64,000 bases of DNA from Fonticula-like sp. SCN 57-25 (Eukaryota). Positions 36,485 to 47,700 of this stretch are shown here, piece by piece. Location: positions 1 through 64,000 of the forward strand of contig MEDX01000019.1 in assembly GCA_001724245.1 (NCBI GenBank), given 5' to 3'. The position numbers and the translations under genes are program-made. Below the pieces are notes generated by a model, which was not told where the DNA came from, did not search any database, and saw only the letters and a list, made by a program, of their open reading frames with translations. Numbering within the stretch: position 1 is the first letter of the stretch; every line of letters begins with the position of its first letter.

Positions 36485-39400
36485 ATGTCTGCGACGTTGA
36501 TGCCATCCATGGACACGGCGGCGCCGCTCTCTGGCGTGAGCCACATTGAGGTGCCGTGCGGAAAGCAGAAGCAGGCCGAGCCTGTTGCCAACTTTTACAT
36601 GACCGTCTTTGGATTTTCGCATGTTTTGCGGCCGATCGACGGCGGTTCGGTGCAACCCTCTTCGAGCGCGTCACTTCAGGACATGCGCAGCGACAACATC
36701 TGGCTGCACCACTTTGGCATTGGGCTGACGTTCCACCTTGTCACGTCGCTCGAGGATACGACCGTCATCGCCTTTGTGTCCAAGAAGCTTGACGTCGTGG
36801 CCGACGCCCTCGAGATGCAGTCGATCCCCTTCCAGCGCGTTGGAACTGACGACTCGGCAGAGCTCGTTCTCGAGGATCCCGCGGGCAACACTGTCGTTGT
36901 TCGGTACGAATACTCGTTTTTTGTTGTTTTTTGGGTTTTTTGGTTTGTGCTTTTGGTTGAATTTTTGCTCGTGGTTTATCCTCCCCCTTTTTTCCTCTAT
37001 TTCCATGAACATTTTTTGCTTTCTTCCCATATTTTGTGTCATTTTTCGCCCAATTTGTTTACGTTCACCGCTTTTCTCACTTTTTTCCTTTCTCTTTCCT
37101 CTACTTTTACAGCACTTCGGGCATGTTTTCGCAGCGCAGCCTCGCGTCGCCTTCCCCCCGCCTTGTCGCCGAAGTCCAGGACACCCCCCGCCGCGGCATC
37201 GCCATCCTCACGAGCGGCGGCGACGCGCAGGGCATGAACGCCGCCCTGCGCGCCGTCGTGCGTACCGGTATCTCGCTCAACTGCGACGTCTTTGCCATCC
37301 ATGAGGGCTACGAAGGTACGTTTTTATTTTTTTTTTTGAGGGGGAGAGTATTGCTTGTAAGTGCTTGTTTGTGGTCATTAACGTAAAGTAAAAAGTGCTA
37401 AAATGACCTTTTTGATGTCGTTCATTGTAATTTTGCTTGAGTATTTGCACTATTTGTTCTCGTGTATTATTTTCCGATGTTAATTATTTCCTTTCCCGCC
37501 TTTCCTAACTCCTTCCCAGGCCTTGTGCAGGGCGGCGACTACTTCCGTCGCCTCAGCTGGCACGACGTCTCTGGCATCCTCGCCCGTGGCGGCACCATCA
37601 TCGGCACTGCCCGCAGCAAGGAATTCCGCACGCGCGAAGGCCGCCTCAAGGCCGCCCACAACCTCATTTCCCGCGGCATTGACGCCCTCGTCGTGATTGG
37701 CGGCGACGGCTCGCTCACCGGCGCCAACATTTTCCGCTCCGAATTCACCGAGCTGACCGCCGCGCTCGTCGCCGACGGCCGCGTGGCCCCCGAAGCGGCC
37801 GAAAAAATCGGCAATTTGCGCGTCGTCGGCCTTGTTGGCTCGATCGACAATGACATGTGCGGCACCGACATGACCATTGGCGCCGACTCTGCGCTGCACC
37901 GCGCGCTCTTTGCGATTGACGCGCTTTCGTCGACCGCCGCGTCGCACCAGCGCGCGTTTGTCGTCGAGATTATGGGAAGGAACTGTGGCTGGCTGGCGCT
38001 TTACGCGGCGATCGCGTGCGGCGCTGATTGGCTGTTTATCCCCGAGTGCCCGAGCAAGAAGGACGACTGGGCAGAGGATATGTGCCAGACGCTGAAACGC
38101 GTGCGTTTTTCCCTTTGGGTGCATGCGATTTTTGGTTACTGACTTTAAAGTGCAGCATAAGCAGCATGGAAAGCGTCGCTTGTGCGTGATTGTGTCGGAA
38201 GGCGCGATTGATAAGGAAGGAAAGCCGATTAAGAGCGAGACGGTTCGCGCGGCGATCGAGTCAAACTTGAAGATTGAGACGCGTGTCACTGTTTTGGGAC
38301 ACGTTCAGCGTGGCGGAAACGCGACATTCTTTGATCGCTACATGGTACGAGAGTGGGATTTGGTGGGTTTTTGCATGAAATTGAAGTGTTTTCGGTGGTA
38401 TCTTGAATGACATTTTGGTGGTTTATTGGTGTCTTTAACTTATTTTAGAGTTACTTTTACCATTTTTATGTGAATTTTCGTGCTCTTTTCTGCTCTTTTA
38501 CCATCTTTTAACCCATTCTTATAGTCGACGATGCAAGGCGCCGAAGCCGTTCGCGTTCTTCTCGACCTCGGCCCCGACGACCCCTCGCCCGTCATCACGA
38601 TGAACGAAAACAACATTGAGCGCGTCCCGCTCGTCGAGGCCGTCGCGCAGACGCAGGAGGTCGCCAAGGCACTCGCCGCAAAGGACTATGATAGGGCTGT
38701 GCGGCTTCGCGGCACGGAATTCCATGACGTGCTCAAGACGTACTTGACGTCGGCGAATGCGGAGCCGGTTTCGAGTGCACCGGCGTGTGGTCACGTACGA
38801 AATGGGGAAATGTGGGGATACTTGTGAAAAGTGATGGGTAATTGTGTGTATTTTATCATTAATTTTGGTTGTTTTATGTGCATTTTTGGTCATTTTGGTC
38901 AATTCTGGTCAATTTTGGTCATTTTTCAGTCATTTTTTGCCACTCTTGTCTTCTTTTCTTCCCTTTACTGACTCTGTCCTGATAGAAATTCCGCTTTGCG
39001 ATTATCCACGTGGGCGCTCCTTCTGGCGGTGTCAACGCCGCCACGCGCGTCCTCGTCCGTCTCGGCCTCTCACGTGGCCACACCGTCTTTGGCGTGCGCG
39101 ACGGCTTCCGCGGCCTCGTGGCGGGCAAGTTTGACGAACTTGATTGGATGAGCGTCGACGGCTGGTCTGACCGCGGCGGTAGCGAGCTCGGTACGCCATT
39201 GGTCCAAAAACTAGTATTGTGTCTTTTTCATTGCTCTGATTGGATGTCACTGTACTGCTGTGTTTTACATTTTATGTTTGTGTCATTTTTTGACTTTTTC
39301 GTCGTATTTTGGTCGTTTTCTGTCTAATTTTGTCACAATCTCAACTATTTTTGTATCATTTTCACTCTCTTCTAACCCATACTTTCTTCTTTTCAGGCAC

Positions 39401-40298
39401 GAACCGCCACGTCCCCACTACCGACATTGGCATGGTCGCCTTCCAACTCCAGCGCTTTGGCATCCACGGCATCTGCATCATTGGCGGCTTTGAAGCCCTC
39501 CTCGCCATGGAAGTCCTCGTGAACGCGCGCGCCACCTACCCCCAATTCTGCATCCCCATCGTCCACCTTCCCGCCACCATTTCCAACAATGTCCCCGGCA
39601 CGGACTTTTCGCTCGGCTCCGACACTTCCCTCAACCGCATTGTCGAAAGCTGCGACCTTCTTCGCCAGAGCGCCACGTCATCAAAAGGCCGCGCCTTTGT
39701 CGTCGAAGTCATGGGCGGCGAGTGCGGGTACCTTGCGACGATGGGCGGCCTCGCCGCGGGCGCGTCACGTGTGTACATTCCCGAGGAAGGAATTTCGCTC
39801 GCCATGCTCGCCGAGGACGTTGAGATGATAAAGTACAAGTTTAAGAAGAGCGACGCGAATGGGCGCATTATTCTGCGCAATGAGGCGGCGTCGGCGACGT
39901 ACACGACGCAAATGATTTCGTCCATCTTTGACGAGGAGGGCGGCAAGAGCGACCTGTTTGACTGCCGCACGGCCAACCTCGGCCACATGCAGCAGGGCGG
40001 CGTGCCGTCGGCGCTCGACCGCGTCAGAGGCGCGCGGCTCGCCGCAAAGTGCGCGGAATTTCTCGAGACGCAGGCGCTGTGCGCGCTCGGCGGCGCGCCT
40101 GATGCGTTTGAGATTGCGGTGCCGGCGGTGTATACAAAGGCAGAGGACTCGGCGTGTGTGATTGGTATTAGGGGGGCGAGGATTGCGCTGACGCCGCTGA
40201 GGGATGCGATGGCGGATGCGGATATTGTGGGGAGAAGGCCAAGGTCGCAGTGGTGGAGGCGCGTGCTGCCGGTGCTCAGGCTGCTTACGAGCGAGTAA
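36485..40298 (+). CDS. PFK: ATP-dependent 6-phosphofructokinase, eukaryotic duplicated type with N-terminal VOC/Pfk_N-like domain; multi-exon
   Basis: [78 protein letters not shown]-terminus GVSHIEVPC...[10 protein letters not shown]...LEDPAGNTV is glyoxalase-like. Confidence 0.95.
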
Positions 40299-40575
40299 GA
40301 ATTAGGGAAATCGTTTATATTATTCAATAAAAAGCATGAGCAATTGAATGTTGCATATTGACAATGAATTCCATTTGATTGAACAATGATATGATGGACC
40401 ATTTGCTGCATATATTATGACTGATTGACTCTGTGTATCGCATGTGATAGAGCAATCATTTCTTTCCTACAGTATTGTGACAGCATTGCAATGTGTATTC
40501 TACCTTTTCCTGTTATCATATCCGCCGATCCCGGCTACAAAAATACTAAAAATACAACCGACGCCGCAGCAGCTA

Positions 40576-43500
40576 TCACGTGGCCTCGTCCTGCTTGACC
40601 CTCTTCACGTGCCGCTCGTCCGGCAGCGAATCAGCACGCGCCGCGCGCACTCGTTCGGGCATGTCTTCTGGCGCAATCCACTCATCAAAAGTCGACTTCC
40701 AACCTTCATAGTGAATGAAAACGCCACGTGTCGTATCTGTCAAATAGCACAGTCAGCAAGCGAGCAAAATGGGAAAAATAGCATGTGGCAATACTGTGCA
40801 CAATATTCACATGTGGACACATATGAGCTGATTACTTAAGGTAGCATCTCCATACTTTACCCATGATACCATGAAAAGTCCATTTATGGACTCTTTACCA
40901 CCCTGAAAAAGACACCCTTTCCCTACTGTCACTCTCAACCACATGGCCAATAAACAATCTACCCCAGATTCCAGGGTATTTTCCCTTTTCCTCTCTTTCC
41001 TTCCCACAATACGCACCGTGTTCGAGGATGCGCGCGCGGTACCACCTTGTCCCCTCCTTTACCTCAACCGCATCCCCCGCGGCCACGTCACCAATCGACA
41101 CCGCCGGCTGCGACGAAAAAGCCTCCACGTGGCCCCTCGCCCCCCTCTTTGGCTGCGCCTCCGCCACGACAACTGGACGCGGCGGCAGTGGCGGCGGCGG
41201 CTCCGAAGCCGCGACTCTCAAACTGAGCGACGAGCTGATTGGCGCGTCGGTCTGGCGCACTCGAAAGTAGCAGTCCATAAAGGCGGGAACGAAAGGGACG
41301 GACGCGTTGCAAAGGGAAGTTGGCGTGCCGTAAAAGGAGTAGCTGCCGATGCGGTGCTGGAAGGCGCGGGTGGGCGTGGCGGCGGTGTGCTCGGCGGAGG
41401 CGCTGCGAAAGTGGGCGATGTGGGAGGCGGGCATCGTGCTAGGGTATTTCTAAAGAAGGGTGAGAAGAAGAAAATAGTCACATGCATGCATATCATGAAT
41501 CACATTCACAATACTGGAATAAATATGTGACCACACGCACTACAATGCCTTTACATACATAAAAATACTCATCTATAAATCGGCAAACTAAATATGCATC
41601 TATGTACTTCATACTCACTACTAAACTCCATATAAAGCCCAACTTTTCCTTAAATTACTGCGTACCAAGCACACTTCGATTGCGTATTGGCAATCTGGCG
41701 CAGCGCCCAATGGCGCCTGCCACGAAACGTCCACCGTCGTGCCGTCGCGCCGAGCCGCCGTGAGCCCACGAAGCGGGCCATGTGTGACTGGTACTTCTTC
41801 AACAGCCTGCGAGCAGATGACCGGTAGGGTCCCTTCGGTGTCGCCGGCGGCGCCGGCGCGCGTGGCGCACAATAAAAAGCGCTCGCGGTTGGATAGTCTG
41901 GGCAAGCGAACAATGGCGCAGCAGGGGCCGCAGAGGACGCCCGTCGCGGGAGAGTATGAAGTGGCAGAGCGCTCGCTCGCGATCGAAATTGTATACGAAA
42001 AATCGGCGCCTGTAAAAGAATAAAGGGCGGGAAAAAAAAGGACGGTTAGGAATTGGCGGGAAAAAGCGAAATTAAAGGGAAAAGGAACAAAAGGCACACA
42101 AAAACGCCCCCAAAACAATTTAACAACACAGAAAAAATGACAAAAAAAAACTCGTACCAAAATCGCCTGTAACTTCGCATGTAAGCTTGATCTGATTCTG
42201 CCTGCTCGCCGCCTGCCATGTCAGCACAACCGGCGGCCCTGTCCACGCGCTGAACACCGGCTTGTTCTGTGGCGTCCTACTCTGCGAGCTGTCTGCCTTT
42301 TGCGACCTCGACGACTGCTGTGACCTGCTGCTGCTCGACGACGGCGCATCAACAACCGCGACCGCTTCGAGCGCCTTTTTCCCGCCAATGTTGCCGCCGC
42401 CACCACTGACTTTGACGCGCCTGAGCTCGAGCGACCACATGTCGCGGTTGCACCGCAGCTTGACTTCGCGGAACAAGTGGCCGTCTCGGCCGCCCGACAT
42501 GACTGCGCGGCCGTCCATCTGTGGATGTATAAGTCAGACCAGCGCAACCACAAACCTGAGGCGCGTACAAAGCACATGCGGTGGCCGGCGCGGCGGCGCG
42601 GCACTTCGCCCACTTGCGTCACGCTCGACCATGAAAAGGTGTCGAGGCAGAGCACAAAAAGTTCGGTGGTTGCGTCGGTGCGGCCCGCGGGATCGTCGCC
42701 GACCCAGCCGCCGCTGACGATCATCTGGTGGCCGCCGGCGGCAGAGCAGGCGGCGTGCATTGAACGCGGCTTGGGGGCGGCGCCGCCGCACGAGGGAGTG
42801 CGCCACGTGCGTGAAGAGGGGTCGAGGACGTGTACGCTGTTGAAGCGGCGGGTCGCGTCGCGGCCGCCAAAGACGACGAGCGTGCCGTCGTGCGAGGCGA
42901 CGCACGTGTGGTCGGCGCGCGCGGTAGGCTGTGGCGCCAATGGTCAGAGAAACACAATAAGAAAAAAAAGAGACGAACGCCTTTGCCAGTTGTCTGCGTT
43001 CGCGTCCAATGGAAACGGCGCTTTCCAGAGTCCCATTCGAGCATGTAGACGTCGTTGAGGTAGGCGCCCGCCTGCGAGACGCCGCCAAAAAGGATGGCGC
43101 GATGACCGACCTCGCAGAGAGTCGCGCCAATCCGCGCCAGAGGGATCTCGGACGCGGTATCAAGCGCGTCCACCATCCATGTGGATGTCGTCAGGTCCAG
43201 CACGCATAGCTGAAGCATTCCGTTACCATCACACATTCCCCTGACAGGTTCCCGCGCACCTCGGATGTGTACTCATCGTGAGCGAGCATCTCCATGACAC
43301 CACCAAACAACACGACGACCTGATGCGTCGTGCCGTCGCCGAAAGGAATATCCATGATCGCCGTCGCGCAGCCCGCTCGCCCGCGGATCGGCAGCGACTT
43401 TAGGTCCAACCGCCTCCATACGGATTTTGCCGACCGGTAATCAAAGTCCACCATGCTCACATCGTCCAGGACCTCGACATTGCCGCCCCACGCGACTAAT

Positions 43501-43619
43501 ACGCCGGCCTTCGATCCTCCTTTCGACCGCGTGGGGACCATCACATGCCCGTGACGAGCGCGCGGCTCGAACGCATGGCGAAACCACACGCCGAGGAACG
43601 CATCCTCGCTGCCCGCCAT
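40576..43619 (-). CDS. Kelch-repeat + FN3-like + chromo-barrel/Tudor-knot protein; multi-exon
   Basis: Kelch blades (ARHGH..AWGG, GRAGC..LFGG, ARIGA..LFGG, ARADH..VFGG, PRSMH..VSGG). FN3-like VDVSWQAP...YAIE...YFRVR. C-terminal GDAVEVKEGTRWYRARILEH/TWRFHYEGWKSTFDEWI. Confidence 0.75.
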
Positions 43620-43689
43620 TTCAAACCGACAACTGCAATCTTGTGGATTGCTATTTCCACCATTTCTTTTTGACCAACAACACCACAGC

Positions 43690-44266
43690 ATGGCCAACAA
43701 GGGATTCGTGGCGGCCGCCATCGCGCTGGCGGTGCTCGCGCTCGCCGTTATGCCTTCTGCTGCTCTCGGTACGTGTTCTCTTTCTTTTTGCGTAGGTTTT
43801 TCTTTATTTCTCTATATTGTCAATGTTTTTTGAAGCAAATCTTATATTGTCAATGTTTTTTGAAGCAAATCTCTGTCGATGATGAGCCTAGAGCGGGCGG
43901 TTTGACGAATGCTGAACCTACGTTTGCCCTTTAGAATGCTCTTTTGAGTTTAACTGCGAGGATTGCGTCAAGGTCGGCCGCGACTGCGTGTGGTGCACAG
44001 AGGCTGTTCTTGTGTCGGGTGAGGGCCAGGCCACTATTGATCCCTTCTGCACCGTCGGAACCTTCTTTGGCTCTGAAGAGTGGTGCGTCGGTGATGTCTG
44101 CTACCGCTGCGACAAGTACATGTATGGCCAGTGCTCCATGGAGCAGGTTGCCCTCATGGGCGTCGTCTTTGGTTCTGCGCTCTTTATCGTGATCCTCCTC
44201 ATTACCGTCATCGTCTGCACGGTCATGTACTGCACGCGTCGCTCGCGCAACTACAACGAGATTTAG
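43690..44266 (+). CDS. Small type-I membrane protein with PSI-like Cys-rich domain (PTTG1IP-like); 2 exons
   Basis: Signal peptide; intron 43769-43934; CEDCVK..CVWC...C...YGQCSM; TM helix; C-terminal YNEI (YxxPhi sorting motif). Confidence 0.7.
43813..43872. repeat. Perfect 30-bp tandem duplication in intron
   Basis: tatattgtcaatgttttttgaagcaaatct occurs twice in a row. Confidence 0.9.
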
Positions 44267-44708
44267 AGTTATTTGCACGGTTGTTGTTTTTGCGCAGTTT
44301 TTTGCCGTCGTTTTCTCGAGCGCGAGCCAAGCGTTTCTTTGCTGTTCGACTCGCATTCTTTAGAGGTTTCTTTTTGCCGTTTCTTCTATTGCTGCTCCAT
44401 TTCCGCCATTATACGCCCCCCTTCCTTGTGTCGCAGGTTTGCGTCCCGAGGAGTCGGAAGGGCCCGACGCCAGAATATGGAACTCTGTCAATAGAATGAT
44501 ATATATTTGATGCGAAACATCGAGTTCACTCACTTTTGGCCATTGCCATGCCGGTCCATGATATAAATTATCAATAGCGCGATATCACGTTGCACTGTAG
44601 CTGTCCGATGACCAAATTAATCAAATACACCGACAATGAAAGCGATACTTTTATTACTGATATAGGGAAAACAAACTGCTGCAGCGAATAACTACTACAA
44701 ATAAAAGG

Positions 44709-47700
44709 CTACTGACCCAACAGGCCCGCGAGCTTGTTGCTCATGAGCGCCGCGCCAGGACGCCTTGCCGCGTCAGCGCTGAGCGCCGCCTGGATGACCG
44801 ACAGCACAGCGATACGAGCGCCATCGCTATCCTCGGGTGACTCGGGCAAAGGCAGCGCATCGCCGCCCTCCAGCGCCTTGGCCACACCTTCCTGGCCAAC
44901 GCCTTCCCACGGCTTCTTGCGGCAGTACATCTCCCAAAGGACGACGGCGAGAGCATACGCGTCGCCGGCAATGTCCTCCTCGAGCGCGACAGGCGCGTCA
45001 CCAGCCCGGGTAAACACCTCGGGCGCCGCGTACGGGAATTGCTCAGCAAGGTTGGACGAAGGGAGCGCATCTTCGACCGAGCGAGCCTCGGTAAAGCCAC
45101 CGATGACGGCCGTCGGGTACGTCTCGCCAGAGCCAGGCGCCTGCAGGTAGATGTTGTCGCTGCGGAGGCTGCGGTGCGCAATCTGCATAGAGTGAACCGC
45201 GTTGAGTCCAGACGCGATACCGGCCGACAGGTGGATGAGCAGAAGCGAATCAAGGGACGCTTCGCGGTCGTCGCCCTCGTGGAGGAACTGCTCGAGGCTG
45301 TTCTCGTAGAGACGCGTGATAATCGTACGCGGCTCCTCGGTGTAGGCGACAAGTGAAACGATGTTGGGGTGGAACGAGAGCGACCACATGAGCGACACCT
45401 CGCGGTGGAAGCGCTCGTCGTTGTCGGTGGCCGACATGTCAGGGGCATCCATATAGTCCGACACCATGACCGACGACGAGCCGATGCGAGCCGCCACGTG
45501 GTTGTCGAGGAGCGTTGCGGCGTAGGAGGCCTTGGAGCCGCTTTCCTTGAGGAGCGGGCCCGGCTGGATAGACGTCGAGTAGTCGATGGCGAGGAAGCCC
45601 GGAAGCGACACCTCCATGACCGTGTTCACAACCGTCTTGTCGGCGTAGGACAGATGAGTCGTGCTCTCGGCGTGCTTCATGCTGCCGCGCGAGCGGGACA
45701 ACGTGCTGCGGTACTCCTTGAGGGTGCTGAGCGCCTCCTGGCCACCAAACTGGTCAAGTCGCTCGCCCATCTTGGCGCGGCGGCGGCGGATACTGACCAC
45801 AACAATAATCAAAATCACAACCAGGAGGACAACGCCGCCGACCGTCGCGCCAGCGATGATGCTGCCGCTCAGGCCAAGACCAGGGTCCGTCACAATCTCA
45901 TCGACAGACGAAGCGGTCGTCATCACGATGCGCGCGCCAACCATCTCCGTCGCGTTGTCGCGGCCGGCAAGCACAAGGACCTCGTAAGCCACACCCGCAT
46001 CAAGCCCCTCCACCGTCGCCGTGCCGAGCGACGCGTCGATACGGCCGTACAAAGTGAAACCATCCGTCACGGCGCGGCGGCTTTCAAACACACGGTAGTA
46101 GATGTCGTAGAACTGCGCAAGTGCCGACGCCGTCCATGAGAAGCTCAGCGATTCGGTCGTCGTCGATGAGAGCGACAACCCGCCAGCAGGCGCAATGTAC
46201 GTCGTGACAGCAATCACGGCGGCCGCCTCGTCGTTGTAGCCCTTGTCATCACCGGCCGTCACGCGCAGCTGATAAAGTGTGTTCTGGAACAATCCTGTCA
46301 CCGTATAGTTTTGCTGCGTGATGTTGAGCCCGGCGCCGCCATTAGCAACAACAAAGTCGCCCGTTCCAACGGCGACCTCGACGCGGAACGACGAGACCGC
46401 GCTCAGGTTGAACGCGTCCCAAACAATCGTCACCGACGTCGACGTCTTGGAGACCCACGTCAGGTTGGCCACGTTGCCGTTGCTCTCGACCGGAATCAGC
46501 TCGCAAGGATTGCGGAACGACTCCTCCCAGGTGCCATTGGCGTAGCACGAGCGCGTCGGCGGGCCGGCCTCCGCGAGCTGATAGCCCGTCGGGCAAATGC
46601 CAATAGACTCGAACCCGGGCTCAGTCATGGGGAAGAACGTCGAATCCACTGTCGCACTCTCACAGTTGGGGTACAGAACTATACAGCAATGGTGAGCATC
46701 CGTGGCAATAAAAATCAGCAATCAAAGAGCGTACTCTCGCAGCCGTTAACAATCGTCTCGTTCCACACACCGGTGGCGAGGCAGTCGCGCGTCGGCGTTC
46801 CGACATACCCTTCACGGCATTCGCCAACAGCAGTCTGCGACGCACGGGTGCTCTCCCACTGGGCGTTGCCGTGCACATTGGCCACGCAGAACAGCGGTTC
46901 GCAGCCATCCGTAATCGGCAACCAGTTGCCGTCCTCGTCGCAGTCGCGCTTCGGTGCCCCAAAAAAGCCCGTGTGGCAGACACCCTCCACGCCCGTCGTA
47001 AACGAAAAAGCGTCCGGCCAGTGCGCGTCGCCGTCGTCGACAGCCGCGCAGATGTGGCGGGCGCAGGGCGCGTTCACAGCCTCCCATGCGCCGCTCAGCG
47101 AGCAGAGGCGCGCAGGCGAGCCAGAGAAGCCGTCGTCGCACGTTCCGAACGCCGACTGACCGGCGGTCGTCGTAGGCCATGCGGCGTTATCAAAGTCTTC
47201 GGCGGCGCACTGCAGCGCAACGCACTCGCCCTGGATCGCGCCCCATGTCCCGTCAATCTTGCACTCGCGCGAGGGAGAGCCCGCCGTCCCCGCAGGACAC
47301 TCGCCAACAACATCGCTCGTTCCCGCAAAGGCCGACTCCCACGAACCCGCGCCGTCTTCGTTGACGGGCGGGCACGACGAGCGCAGACACGGATTGTTCA
47401 CAGTCGAGGAATAGAGACCGTTCTCGTCGCAGTCGCGCGTCGGCGCGCCCTGCCAGCCAGCGACGCACGTGCCAAACACATTCGTGGTCATCGAATCAAC
47501 CTTGGGCCACGCCGCGTTGCTAAACTCAACAGCAGCACACTGAAGGCGCACGCACGAGCCGGACGGAGTGTCCCACACACCGTTGCTCTGGCACTGGCGC
47601 GTGGGGAGCGCGCCCGTGGCGCCGTAGCCGGTCTCGCAGGCGCCGACGGCCAGAGAACCCGCAGAAGTCGTCTGCCAGATAACATTGTCGTTCGTCTCGG

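Noticed and set aside
43878-43915. ATGATGA ... CTGA in an intron, resembling a C/D snoRNA
   Set aside because: Boxes are only about 35 nt apart with no terminal stem; too short.
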